Virus record (IMG/VR): IMGVR_UViG_3300037501_000255
DNA: 64,000 bases
From: a virus
Lineage: Duplodnaviria; Caudoviricetes
Strand: one strand, 5' to 3'
Made by a program: the position numbers and the translations under genes. Numbering within the stretch: the first letter of the stretch is position 1; each line of letters starts with the position of its first letter. Shown piece by piece: positions 52,380 to 62,466 of this stretch. The notes under the pieces were generated by a model that saw only the letters and a list, made by a program, of their open reading frames with translations, was not told where the DNA came from and ran no database searches.

Positions 52380-53190
52380 AGACCGGATCGATCAGGCCGA
52401 CCAGGGTGCGCACGCCGAAGCCGACGCCGCCCTTGGCGATGTAGCCCCACTCCTTGTCGGTGTCCGCCGGACCCGCGGCCAACGAGAAACGGCTGCGCAC
52501 CGTCGGCCGTCCAGGTGCCACCTCCGCTCATGCCACCCAGATCGGGCACCGCTTCGACCTCGCCGGTACGCGGATCGATGGCCTCTGGCCCTAGCGTGAT
52601 GGGCAGGGCTGCGGGCCGTTGGTCGTCGACAGCCGCAGGGTCGTAAACACTCTCCGCGACGAGTCCGAGGTGACGGCGCATCCCGGGGAGCAGGTCGCTC
52701 CGCTGCGCCGCCGGGACCCCGCTGAGCAAGAACGGGAGTGGAACCTCCGGCAACTCCCGCGCGACGAAGACCGCCAAGGCGTCCGCGTCGACCGCCCGCC
52801 CCGACAGCGGCACGCTACCCATGGCAGTCGACTCGACCTCAGCGCGATCTATCTCGATCCGCGACGGCGCGCCCGCGGATCGCGCCGGCGTGAAGGCGCA
52901 GGACAAGATCGTGAAGATCGGCGAGGAGTCCACGGTCAACATGGGCCTCGACGAGGCCGTCGAGCGCCTGCGCGGCAAGCCCGGCACGCCCGTGGTGATC
53001 TGGATTCTGCGCAAGGGCTGGGAGGAGCCGCAGCGCTTCGAGATCGTGCGCGACATCATCAAGATCGACTCGGTGACGAGCCAGCTCCTCGCGATCGCGC
53101 CCGCGGTCCAGGGCAAGGACGCCAAGCCCGCGAAGGACGCCCGCGATCCCAAGGAGGCGCCGCGCGTCGGCTACGTGAATCTTCCGCTTT
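52380..53190. other. GC-rich bacterial-like DNA island with a carboxy-terminal protease (S41, PDZ region) fragment on the + strand and an unrelated gene fragment on the - strand
   Basis: Abrupt GC increase. 52850-53190 encodes RAGVKAQDKIVKIGEESTVNMGLDEAVERLRGKPGTPV...IVRDIIKIDSV...VGYV. Both fragments are partial. Confidence 0.75.
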
Positions 53191-53412
53191 GAGTTTGCGG
53201 CGGGCCCATCTGCGGAGCGCCGGCCTTCTCTTGTGGTGATAGCGATTGCAGCAGTCGCAGTGCATTCCGCCAGGACCACGCTTTCCATGCATGATTTTTG
53301 CCATCGGATCAGCCTGTGTCCTCCAAAAGAAAACCAGCGGGGTTGGCTACCCGCATCTCCCGGATACAATCCGGGGCTTTAATTAAGCTATGGTTAAGGG
53401 ATTGGTCTAAAA

Positions 53413-53736
53413 GGCGTCGGTGGGGCATTTGTTTTCAACCATAGAAAGATAACCCGCTAACTGTCGGACCAAAAGAGAGTCGGGTCAAAAGAGCGGCTAT
53501 GGGGATTGTCTGGTAAATATAGATAACCCATGTGCCTGCAGACCCAGAAAAGGTGCGATACGGTAGTTGCGGCGGCATCACAACCCCGTAATTTTTACGA
53601 TACATCTGTCTGGTATTCAACTTTCCGGCGTGTAGTGCGGCGCCTGGAACTTTACTCGTCAGAACAGATTATCCTTGCCCTTACCTCGCTACCGTATCGC
53701 AGGGGTAGTATGGGACGAGGTGGGTGGTTGGACGCC
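53413..53736 (-). ncRNA. ~325-nt structured RNA containing a permuted Y-RNA-like helix
   Basis: Terminal GGCGTC/GACGCC stem; perfect 13-bp long-range stem 53554-53566/53689-53701; TTGACC (53488-53483), GGTCCGA (53470-53464), TTATC (53452-53448). Confidence 0.6.
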
Positions 53737-53779
53737 AACTATTTAACTTGTTCAGCGTCAGCGACGGGGACCACGCCCG

Positions 53780-54094
53780 TCACGCGTAGTTGGTCTCCAT
53801 ATTCGGCGGGCTGTAAAGCCACTGGTGGTAGGTCAACTCCACCCTGCGTCCCGTGCGCATGGCCTCCTGTACCTGTGCCACTGCCTCAGGTTCGACCGTA
53901 AAGGTGAATTTCTCAGCCTGCACAGCCGACATACCAGCAGGAAGAGCCATCAACAACTCCCCCTCCCAGGACTTGAGGATCACACCTTTTTCTGAGAGCT
54001 TGGTGACCACACCCACACGGGTGCCAGTCGAGTAATTGGGAAAGCAGGCTGAGAGACCCGCCGCAAACAAAACTGCCAACATCATACGCTTCAT
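53780..54094 (-). CDS. Small OB-fold-like lipoprotein
   Basis: LSAC lipobox; GTRVGVVTKLSEKG...SWEGEL motif common in phage lipoproteins. Confidence 0.65.
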   Translation of the reverse strand: MKRMMLAVLFAAGLSACFPNYSTGTRVGVVTKLSEKGVILKSWEGELLMALPAGMSAVQAEKFTFTVEPEAVAQVQEAMRTGRRVELTYHQWLYSPPNMETNYA

Positions 54095-55010
54095 GTATTC
54101 TCCTATTCAAAATCGCTGTCATCCAGTGCCAACACCCGCTGCTCTTGCTGCTTTGCCGCCAGTTTGGCCGCCCGCTTCGCCTTGCGCTTTTTATTCTTGG
54201 GGCTATCCTCGGTACGGAAGCTCCACTTATCATATCCGTGTGCATGTGCTTTCAATTCATCAGTAGTCTTGGGGATAGGATTAACCTGCTGCGCAAGGTT
54301 ATTGCCCAGGAACATTGAAAGCTCCTGGTAAGCAGTGAATGGGTCCATAACCGTATGAAAATTAAGCAGACGCAAATTGGGATTGATGAGGAGAGTTTTC
54401 ACCGCAATCACGGGGCCTTTTCACGGATGAATGCCTCATCATCAATTTTACCGTGGGTTTTCATATGTTCGTGCCACGCTTCCCAGGTGGCGACATTCAA
54501 TGCCCCCAACCACCACCGTGGGGTCCAGGAGTGTGAGACTTCTTACCCGCCAGCGCAACCAGCATTTCCTTGAGTGGGTCGGTCAGATGCCGGTAGCCGG
54601 TCTCACCGTTGTAGCTCTTAATCTTTTTATTGAGTGCCGACACAATCTGGGCAAGAGTATAACAAACGGTATCGGAAACAATCCAGAACGGATACGCTCT
54701 GCCACAGAATGCTACACAACCCATCTCCGACCGGCCTCGGGGACTACCATAGCCCCATCGGCTGTCCCCGGGCATGTGCGGCTGCAGGAGAGGCATGACA
54801 TGATTGGCCGCCCAGCTCCTCTCCTTGGTTTCGTACTCGGCAGGCTGGCGCAAGTAGAAGGGGTGTGGGTCCCGGTCATTGGCCAGAACCACATCATAGT
54901 AGTCGCGGAAGGGGGGCTGGCGATTTTCATGACATCTTCCTCATCGTCATACGGCACCGCAGAATGTCATAGCCGTACTAACGCTCGGCCTCAACCCAAA
55001 ACACGTCCTG

Positions 55011-55404
55011 CTAGACCCAAGAGGCCCTAGAGGCCCCAGAGGCCCCAGAGGCCCCAGAGGCCCAAGAGGCCCTAGAGGCCCCAGAGGCCCCAGAGGCCCC
55101 AGAGGCCCAAGAGGCCCCAGAGGCCCAAGAGGCCCCAGAGGCCCCAGAGGCCCCAGAGGCCCAAGAGGCCCCAGAGGCCCCAGAGGCCCCAGAGGCCCTA
55201 GAGGCCCCGGAATAAAGAAGAGCAACAGGATTAATCATATATCACCCAGAGGCCCTAGAAGGCCCAGAGGCCCCAGAGGCCCCAGAGGCCCCAGAGGCCC
55301 CAGAGGCCCAAGAGGCCCAAGAGGCCCCAGAGGCCCAAGAGGCCCAAGAGGCCCCGGAATAAAGAAGAGCAACAGGATTAATCATATATCACCCAGAGGC
55401 CCTA
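55011..55404. repeat. 9-bp tandem repeat GAGGCCC[C/A/T]A in two blocks, plus a ~60-bp direct duplication
   Basis: About 20 units at 55020-55207 and about 10 at 55246-55355; GAGGCCCCGGAATAAAGAAGAGCAACAGGATTAATCATATATCACCCAGAGGCCCTA occurs twice. Confidence 0.95.
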
Positions 55405-55467
55405 AAATAATACAAAATGATTTATCATTAAAATGAAAGCCCTAGGAAGGTTATCCTCCTCATGTTG

Positions 55468-55794
55468 TCAGCGAACGGTCGTCGATGTGGGGATCGAGTG
55501 CAGAACAACATCAAACACAATTGTGTCTTTCTTTACTCGCAAAATGCTTTCATCCCCCATATACTCGACACTTTGTGGGGCATTCCTACCTTGCGCCTGG
55601 AAAAAGGCACCAAAGCGACCAACTTCCTGAACCCAAGACGGAGTACGGAAATAGACATGCGACTCAGTCACGCGAACACACTCTCCAGTAAAGATCCACA
55701 ACGTCGCGGTCTGAATGATATAATTCTCTCCCACAACAAAGTCAGCAGAATCTTCATCGCAAACTTCAAGCTCATCAACTTCATTTTCTTGCAT
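55468..55794 (-). CDS. Small Sm-like/beta-barrel hypothetical protein
   Basis: VGENYIIQTAT..FTGECVRV...SWVQEVGRF pattern. Confidence 0.55.
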   Translation of the reverse strand: MQENEVDELEVCDEDSADFVVGENYIIQTATLWIFTGECVRVTESHVYFRTPSWVQEVGRFGAFFQAQGRNAPQSVEYMGDESILRVKKDTIVFDVVLHSIPTSTTVR

Positions 55795-56019
55795 ATTATA
55801 CTCTACTTTTTTGTTTATAGGTCTTTGCCCTACACCAATATCTTGCTTTGTACTAGTGGCGGTAATTAATTACCACCCTTGCTCGACGATGCGCATGGTA
55901 TCCATATTGAGTGGAAGGTCAGGCAACTTTTGATTTGATTCCGAGCATCCTGTAGCTTGAGTTGCCATTTTGGTTTCTTCCTAATATCTCCCTTGTGAGT
56001 GCGGAAACTCCACTGAAGA

Positions 56020-57288
56020 TCAGAAAGCGCCGCCTGCAACATTCCCTACTCCACATTCTGACCCAAAGCGGTAGTCGAGGTCTTCCCTCATACGCTGTGG
56101 ATCATAGGACAGTGTTTCAAGCCAGCCATTACAGTTGTCGGTCATGAGGTGCCATGTGGCGTAGTCGCCAGCCACGAATCCGCCGACGCTGTAGTTATTA
56201 CTCGCGCAATCTTCAGTTACGAGGGCGATGTCCTCCGTTGGGCTGTAGTTGTAATTGTAACCCTGCACAGGCTCATCACTGAAGAAGATCACTCGCCGGC
56301 GCATGTGTTCAGGCCACTCGAGACGCAGATTATTCACGTTATTCACACTCCAAATACCATACGGGATGTATTCATCACCCCCAGGCGTGCCATTGTCGTT
56401 GTAGAAACTTTCAAGAGCATCGCACGCACCGGCAGGGCCGACAAAATCAATGACATTCACGATATGTGGTTCAGTTGTATAGTCTCCCGCAACAGCCTGA
56501 ATTGCGAACTTGCTGTTGGAGAAGATGTCTGCATCAGACCAATCACACAGTGCCTCAATCACCGCTTCAATGGTGCCGGCCATACTACCTGAGAAGTCAA
56601 TTGAGATGAGGAATGCATCAGCGATAGTGTCCCCATCATCCTCATCTGTAAAGCCATCACAATCGTCATCATCGCCGTTGCCGCAAATTTCTTCTGTAGG
56701 CTTAACCTCTCCGAAAAGATATTCCAAGCCATTTTCGCACCGCCTGATGCCCGCCCGACACTCCCCGACGTTGAGAGTTTCCTCTGGGCCTGTATACTCA
56801 AAATCATCTTCGTAGCTCAAATCAGGGTCTGCGGAATCGGTTAGACCATCACAGTCATTGTCTTCACCGTCGCACACCTCGTCACCATACAGTAGCGAGA
56901 CCGGATGACACAGTAGCTCGCCGTCCGGCTGGCACAACTGCATGGAGTAACGGCACTCACCCACCCCATTGCAGGTATTGCGGTAGTCATACCACTCGTA
57001 CGCGATGTCGTTGTGGAGACCATCGCAGTTCTCATCCACGTTATCGGGATCGCATACCTCTGCAGAGATAGGGGTGAAGTCCGGACACGTCAAGGTCACG
57101 GATCGATCCTCATTACGCTCGCAGACGGTTAGACCAACGTTGCAAGTAACGTCATACGCCTCATCTTCAAGACGAAGGATACCGTCCCTGTCCACAGCGC
57201 ATGGGACGTTGCATTGCGGGATAGGGACGAGAGCATCGTCTACAGCGCAGCCGCTCATCAGAAGAAGCGCAGGTGCAGCATATCTCAT
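56020..57288 (-). CDS. Lipoprotein with myxobacterial-type Cys-rich (MopE-related) repeats and a vWA domain
   Basis: LMSGC lipobox; EVCDGEDNDCDGLTD and EICGNGDDDDCDGFTDE repeats; MIDAS motif IDFSGSM. Confidence 0.82.
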   Translation of the reverse strand: MRYAAPALLLMSGCAVDDALVPIPQCNVPCAVDRDGILRLEDEAYDVTCNVGLTVCERNEDRSVTLTCPDFTPISAEVCDPDNVDENCDGLHNDIAYEWYDYRNTCNGVGECRYSMQLCQPDGELLCHPVSLLYGDEVCDGEDNDCDGLTDSADPDLSYEDDFEYTGPEETLNVGECRAGIRRCENGLEYLFGEVKPTEEICGNGDDDDCDGFTDEDDGDTIADAFLISIDFSGSMAGTIEAVIEALCDWSDADIFSNSKFAIQAVAGDYTTEPHIVNVIDFVGPAGACDALESFYNDNGTPGGDEYIPYGIWSVNNVNNLRLEWPEHMRRRVIFFSDEPVQGYNYNYSPTEDIALVTEDCASNNYSVGGFVAGDYATWHLMTDNCNGWLETLSYDPQRMREDLDYRFGSECGVGNVAGGAF

Positions 57289-59656
57289 AACTCACCCACC
57301 CACTACCCAGAGCATCATCTTGGCTTTCGAGGAAAATTCTACAGGAATCTTGGCACGCTTAAAGTGGCGCTCAAGAGGGAATTGGTATACACCAATGCCA
57401 AAGATAACATCCCCGCCATTACACTCGTCGCATGAAAGCGCATCGCTGTCCACCCTGTGGAACCCAGCATACCGCAACATCTTGCGATAGCCGGGGATGT
57501 ATTTATCGCATTCTGCTCGGAACGCGCGTGTCACAAAATCGCCCGGCTCACCTTCAAACTCATTCAAATCATACCGTGCGAGTACGGCTTTGTATCGCGG
57601 CTTGTAGACTGGTTCCTCGCTATCATGCTCGCGCCCTTCGACCAAATCCTCGTCATCGTAATTCTCGGCTGCGTTAAAAACAGCCGTGATTTCATCAGCC
57701 AGCTCCTTGGGAAACAGGTCTGCAACCTTGACTCCGAATACACCACACGGATACCAGTGCCAGCTCATAATTAACTCCCGGTTAGTAGTAAATCGTTAAC
57801 TCACTCGGCAATCGCACGAACCCAGTCCGGGGCCCGATTGAAAACGCCGGTAGCCACGTCAAGGTCGTAGTCACGACCCGCAATCACAATGCGACCCGTA
57901 GATGCGCTATAGAACGTGTTGACCTGCGGCAGTACACCCCCGTTGGGCCGCTTGCCGTTGCGGAGGTTGGACAGGTACACCTTGAGGCTGCCCATTGTCA
58001 GCCCCTTGAGGTGTCGGCCCACCGCTGTCGCGCAAGCGTCGACCAGTTGCGAAAGCCGCTCATCATCCATCACAATCACAGTACCGCCCTGTGACTCCTT
58101 GAGTTCCAGAACATAACTCATCGGGGCCACACCGGCAGGGAACAAATCTTTGCCGTTCACCAGATAGGCAAGCATAATGACAACGCCCATGATACCGTCA
58201 ACTCCCTTGATGGGCGAAGCCTCGGCCATCGAGCCGCTGCCAATGAAAGAACGTACAGTCATTCCGAGATCTCCTCTTGAATACGGAACGTCGCGTCAGG
58301 ATGCTCGCGTAGTAGATGCCAAGCAATCGCAGCACGGGCGAGGGGGAGTGATGTGTAGACCCCACACAAAAACTCCTCCTCGAACCCCGGCTTACTACCG
58401 ATGATCAGAAACACTAGGTGCATCGAATACCTTGGTCGACATACTAAGCCTCTCCCACTCAGCGCGATTGCGCTCAGCATCCTCGCTGAACTGCAGGCTA
58501 TCCGCCCCCATCTTCACCAGTTGCGCTGCAACAGAGTAGAAAATCGGGTGGCGAGTTGCAACCACAAGCCCAAGCCAGTCCTTAGCATTCTTTCGCAGAT
58601 GCTCTACCATCGGAGGCGGGGCACCACGAACAACGCCGCGAACCAGACCGGCCTGAATCGCCGCCGCCGATGCAACCTGCTGCGCTGCCTCCGCACTCAT
58701 ACCGTGGAATGCCGGCGCAAGCTTCCAAGTGCGCCGCCCAAAGTAGTTGGTCTTGATCACCAAAGAACGGCCAGTCAGGGCACAGCGGGTGCTGCGTCCC
58801 GGCAGCTTATCCTCCTCGGCAAGCTGCATCCATTCGGTCACAGCATCGTTCATACTGGGCTTAGCATAGAAACCCAGAGTTCCCATACGGTGTCCGCTTG
58901 GACGCTCGGGATCAACGTACATGGTACGCATTGCGAACCGCATAGGACTCGGAACACGGGGTTCGTGCAGCCTCACATTCAGATTCCATGCTAACACAGG
59001 ATCAGTGGATTCACGGCACCGGCGAGCAATCTCAAGAATCTGAGATGCTGGCAGCGCGTAGAGATTGCCGGACCAGTTCAGCTCTTGCGGAGCAGCCCGG
59101 ATAATCTCGGCAATGATGCGTTGCGTAGAGGAAGTCTGCCGCGCAGGGCGAACCTTTACAGCCTTCAACTCATCCAGTAGGGTCACGGGGTCGGAGGCAA
59201 GACGCTTGCGCGCGGCCTCATCACGGCGAGTCTTCTCGGCATCACGGCGAGCCGTAACACCGTCATCGTAGTTCGGTTGCCACGTCGTAGCCTTGCGGCC
59301 AAAACGAAGTTCCCGGTTCTCCCACCGCGCAGTCTCCTCTGCGGTAGGCATGGGAGGAAGTTCAACCTCGCGGTCACGGCGAGAGCGCACCGAAACGTGA
59401 CGGAGGGATTTATAGTCGAAATCTGCAGCAAATGTGATCGGCATCAAGAACTCCTCGGCAAGAGAATAGCGACGGACGCCCCCGCGTCAAGCCGCCGGAT
59501 CTGGCATAGCACAAAGTGGTGCGAGGTAAGATGAGAGCATCATCCACCGTGCAATGGGCATGATTGTGTACATGGTTGTAAGGTCATCTACACCCGTTCT
59601 TCCTTCGTACATGCCCTCAATCGCCACACAAGCAATGATCCAATCAGGATGCTCAA

Positions 59657-59998
59657 TCAGGTCTGGAATCTGATTGAGATTGCCGAAGCGTGACACAGTG
59701 GGCATTTTGCTTCACCACCTTCCATGATGGGACTCGCGGGGCCATTGAATTGCGTGTGCCAGGTACACCGCTCCTTCTGCACCCGTTTGATGTGTTTGCA
59801 GTAAGAGGCGGCCTCGCCACGCTTTCGGAATTGGAAATCGGGGCAAGTGCAATAGAAGTCGTGCTGCACTCCACGCTGACGCGGATTTTCTACACGTCCA
59901 AAAGAAACCACATAGGTTTCACCGCTGCGCGAATGAACTACCCGCGACCAGTTCGTATTGTTGCTGCACATCCATCCATGTTCAATCGTGCGGGCCAT
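59657..59998 (-). CDS. SWIM zinc-finger protein
   Basis: CTCPDF...CKH motif. Confidence 0.75.
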   Translation of the reverse strand: MARTIEHGWMCSNNTNWSRVVHSRSGETYVVSFGRVENPRQRGVQHDFYCTCPDFQFRKRGEAASYCKHIKRVQKERCTWHTQFNGPASPIMEGGEAKCPLCHASAISIRFQT

Positions 59999-60497
59999 AC
60001 GTTTGCACCCCTCGGCAACCCATGCCAGGTTCGTTGAAGTTGATAGAGAATCGCAGCTTGGGAAATTTGGACGATAGCTTCTCAATCACCTTAAGCGGCG
60101 GCCCCCATGCGGTATCAAATGTCAGAGTGACACCAGAACCATTCTTCCAATCCGTGCGGTACAGCTCGTTCTTGTGAACATCCCACTTTGTACCCCAATT
60201 ATTCACCGCCCAATCATACCAATTATCTGCACCAAATCGGCGGCGCAGTTCCTGCTGCATGCGGGCTGTGATGGGAATACCTCCAAAGGTCTTAATCTTG
60301 CCATCAAGATACTGCTGATGCTCTTCCTCAGAAACAATCCGAGTGGGACTCGCAATACCACGCAATTCCTCAGGCATCGGATAGATAGCCTGAAAGAAAC
60401 CGCTGTCGTCCTTCATGTTGTCAAGCATGGATAGGAATTCACGAACGTCATCTCGTCGTCCACGAACGGACAGCTCATTAAAACACCAGTTCGGCAT
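59982..60497 (-). CDS. DUF1281/Api92-like ferredoxin-fold protein
   Basis: MPNWCFN, WYDWAVNNWGTKWD and FDTAWGPP motifs. Confidence 0.85.
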   Translation of the reverse strand: MPNWCFNELSVRGRRDDVREFLSMLDNMKDDSGFFQAIYPMPEELRGIASPTRIVSEEEHQQYLDGKIKTFGGIPITARMQQELRRRFGADNWYDWAVNNWGTKWDVHKNELYRTDWKNGSGVTLTFDTAWGPPLKVIEKLSSKFPKLRFSINFNEPGMGCRGVQTYGPHD

Positions 60498-60706
60498 TAC
60501 TACTCCTGTAGGAAGAGGGGGGGGGAGAACTTATCGCTTCATCAGTACGCGTCCGTCACGATATGCGCGATATTAAATCGCTCGTGTTTGTGGCGCTGCG
60601 ACGGGTGCTTGACGTTATCGATGACTTCAATGGAGAGCGACCAAGGCCGCTCCGCATCTAGGTAGGACCGGAGGTTTGCACCTCCGGCGCCTGCCATGCA
60701 ACATGC

Positions 60707-61030
60707 TCAGGTGCCGATCGCCTCGGCAGCCTGAATGCCCTCGGCCAGCGACGCCTGCAGCGCCTCGAGCCGCTCGATCAGATCAGGCAGCTCACGAGCC
60801 GGGAGACGGCTCACCGCCGACAGGTCGAGGACAGCCCCACCAGCCCCGCGCGCCTTCTTGCCCTTGTTCGAGGCAACGAACGCACGGTAGTTCGCAATCA
60901 GGGCCACGCGACCGGCAGGCACCTTAGCCTCACCGTTGGCCTCGTTGCGGAGCACGACCGGGTGCGAGAACACAGTCTCGACAACCGAATCACCAGTCTG
61001 AATCACCTCTGCAGCAAACGCAATCGTCAT
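60707..61030 (-). CDS. Hypothetical protein, paralogue A of a tandem duplication
   Basis: Near-identical to the ORF at 61054-61467. Confidence 0.65.
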   Translation of the reverse strand: MTIAFAAEVIQTGDSVVETVFSHPVVLRNEANGEAKVPAGRVALIANYRAFVASNKGKKARGAGGAVLDLSAVSRLPARELPDLIERLEALQASLAEGIQAAEAIGT

Positions 61031-61053
61031 GTCTCACTCCTTGGTTGCGGGCT

Positions 61054-61467
61054 TCATGCCCGACGCGGAAAGAATAGCGAATAATTCTGCTCTGTCAAGG
61101 GAAGGGGGCTCGACCCGGATGAAACCAGATCAGGCCCCCTCCCCCTCCCCTCACAGGCCTCGGCCTGCTCGATACCCATCTCAAGGCTATCCTGAAGCTC
61201 GCGCAGCTTCGCAATCAGATCAGGCAGCTCACGAGCCGGGAGACGGCTCACCGCCGACAGGTCGAGGACAGCCTGACCGGCACCGCGAGCCTTCTTGCCC
61301 TTGCCGGACTGGTTGAAGGCGCGGTAGTTCGCAATCAGACCGATGACACCGGCGGGGATCGCCTTCGCCTCGGCGGTCGCCTCGTTGCGGAGTGCAACGG
61401 GACGAGCGAACACGCTCTCAACAACGGACTCGGACGCGGTAGCGGTCTCAGACGTGAACATCACCAT
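61054..61467 (-). CDS. Hypothetical protein, paralogue B of a tandem duplication
   Basis: Shares LIANYRAF...GKKARGAG.AVLDLSAVSRLPARELPDLI with paralogue A. Confidence 0.65.
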   Translation of the reverse strand: MVMFTSETATASESVVESVFARPVALRNEATAEAKAIPAGVIGLIANYRAFNQSGKGKKARGAGQAVLDLSAVSRLPARELPDLIAKLRELQDSLEMGIEQAEACEGRGRGPDLVSSGSSPLPLTEQNYSLFFPRRA

Positions 61468-62466
61468 ACGTTTCTCTCTCTTTCTGGCCCATCGGGCCGG
61501 GGTCACTTCCAACTGGTCAGGACCACCCTGCCAGCCACGCAAACAGAATAGCGACCAACCCAGATCTGTCAAGCAGGTCGCTTGTGTTTCTTGGATCTGA
61601 TCCGTGCATTAACTGGCACAGATCCTGCAGGGGGTGCAAGCCCCGTGCCAAGATTTATGCGACTTCCTCCTCATTTGGATCTGTGCAAATGTGCGCAGGA
61701 TGCGAAAGTCCTGCAGCGTCTGCAAGATCCAAAGATATCGAGCGTTAACTACTGCCAGGTCGGATAGCAAGTGCTTCATCACTCACAGCAAATCTCCATG
61801 ATTTCCGCAAGTGTGCGGTCTAGAGCATTTAATCGACTGTCGATTAAATGCAGGCGAGACAGCGCCCACGGGATGTGGGCACTCTATGCGGTCTGTTTCT
61901 CGAGCCATGCTTGGAAGTCGTGGACATAGGGCCGCGAGTGATCATCCCCACCGATGTTCAACTCAATCGGCTGAGTATCATGCACGCTCCACATATTGTG
62001 TCCATACTTCCAGTCATACAGAGTGAAGCGCGAACCTTCTGGTCCGGTGAAGTAGAATTCTCCAGTGGTTTTGTAGCCATCGCCGGGCTGTGGATTACCA
62101 AAAGCACGCATCACACGGGCCGGAGATAGTGTGGTGCGAGCAAGAAGAAAAGTGCCGTTGATATCAAGGTCTTGGGTAAGTCGAAACATACTCACTCCGT
62201 GATGATGTTGTAGTCGACGATAGCAGGATTGCTTTCGGCGATGCTTGCGATGTACTCCGCGACACCCGCATCAATCGGGCCCGCCTGCTCGTTCATCACA
62301 TCCGTATTCTCGAATTCCAGAGTAATTGTGATTGTCAGCTTTTCCACATTAACCTCCCTTGGGCCTCATAGGTCCCAATGCTTGACTGCTACAACGCGGG
62401 CAAGTCGTCGTAAATGCGCGCCGCCCGAAAGCATGCTTACAATCGTGGCAGCGATACCAAATCATG

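Noticed and set aside
52199-53369. Long overlapping ORFs in several frames across the GC-rich patch
   Set aside because: Long open frames are expected in very GC-rich DNA; only the S41 fragment has recognisable motifs.
55011-55404. CRISPR array or DGR template/variable repeat
   Set aside because: The units are contiguous 9-mers without unique spacers, and no cas or reverse transcriptase gene is in the window.
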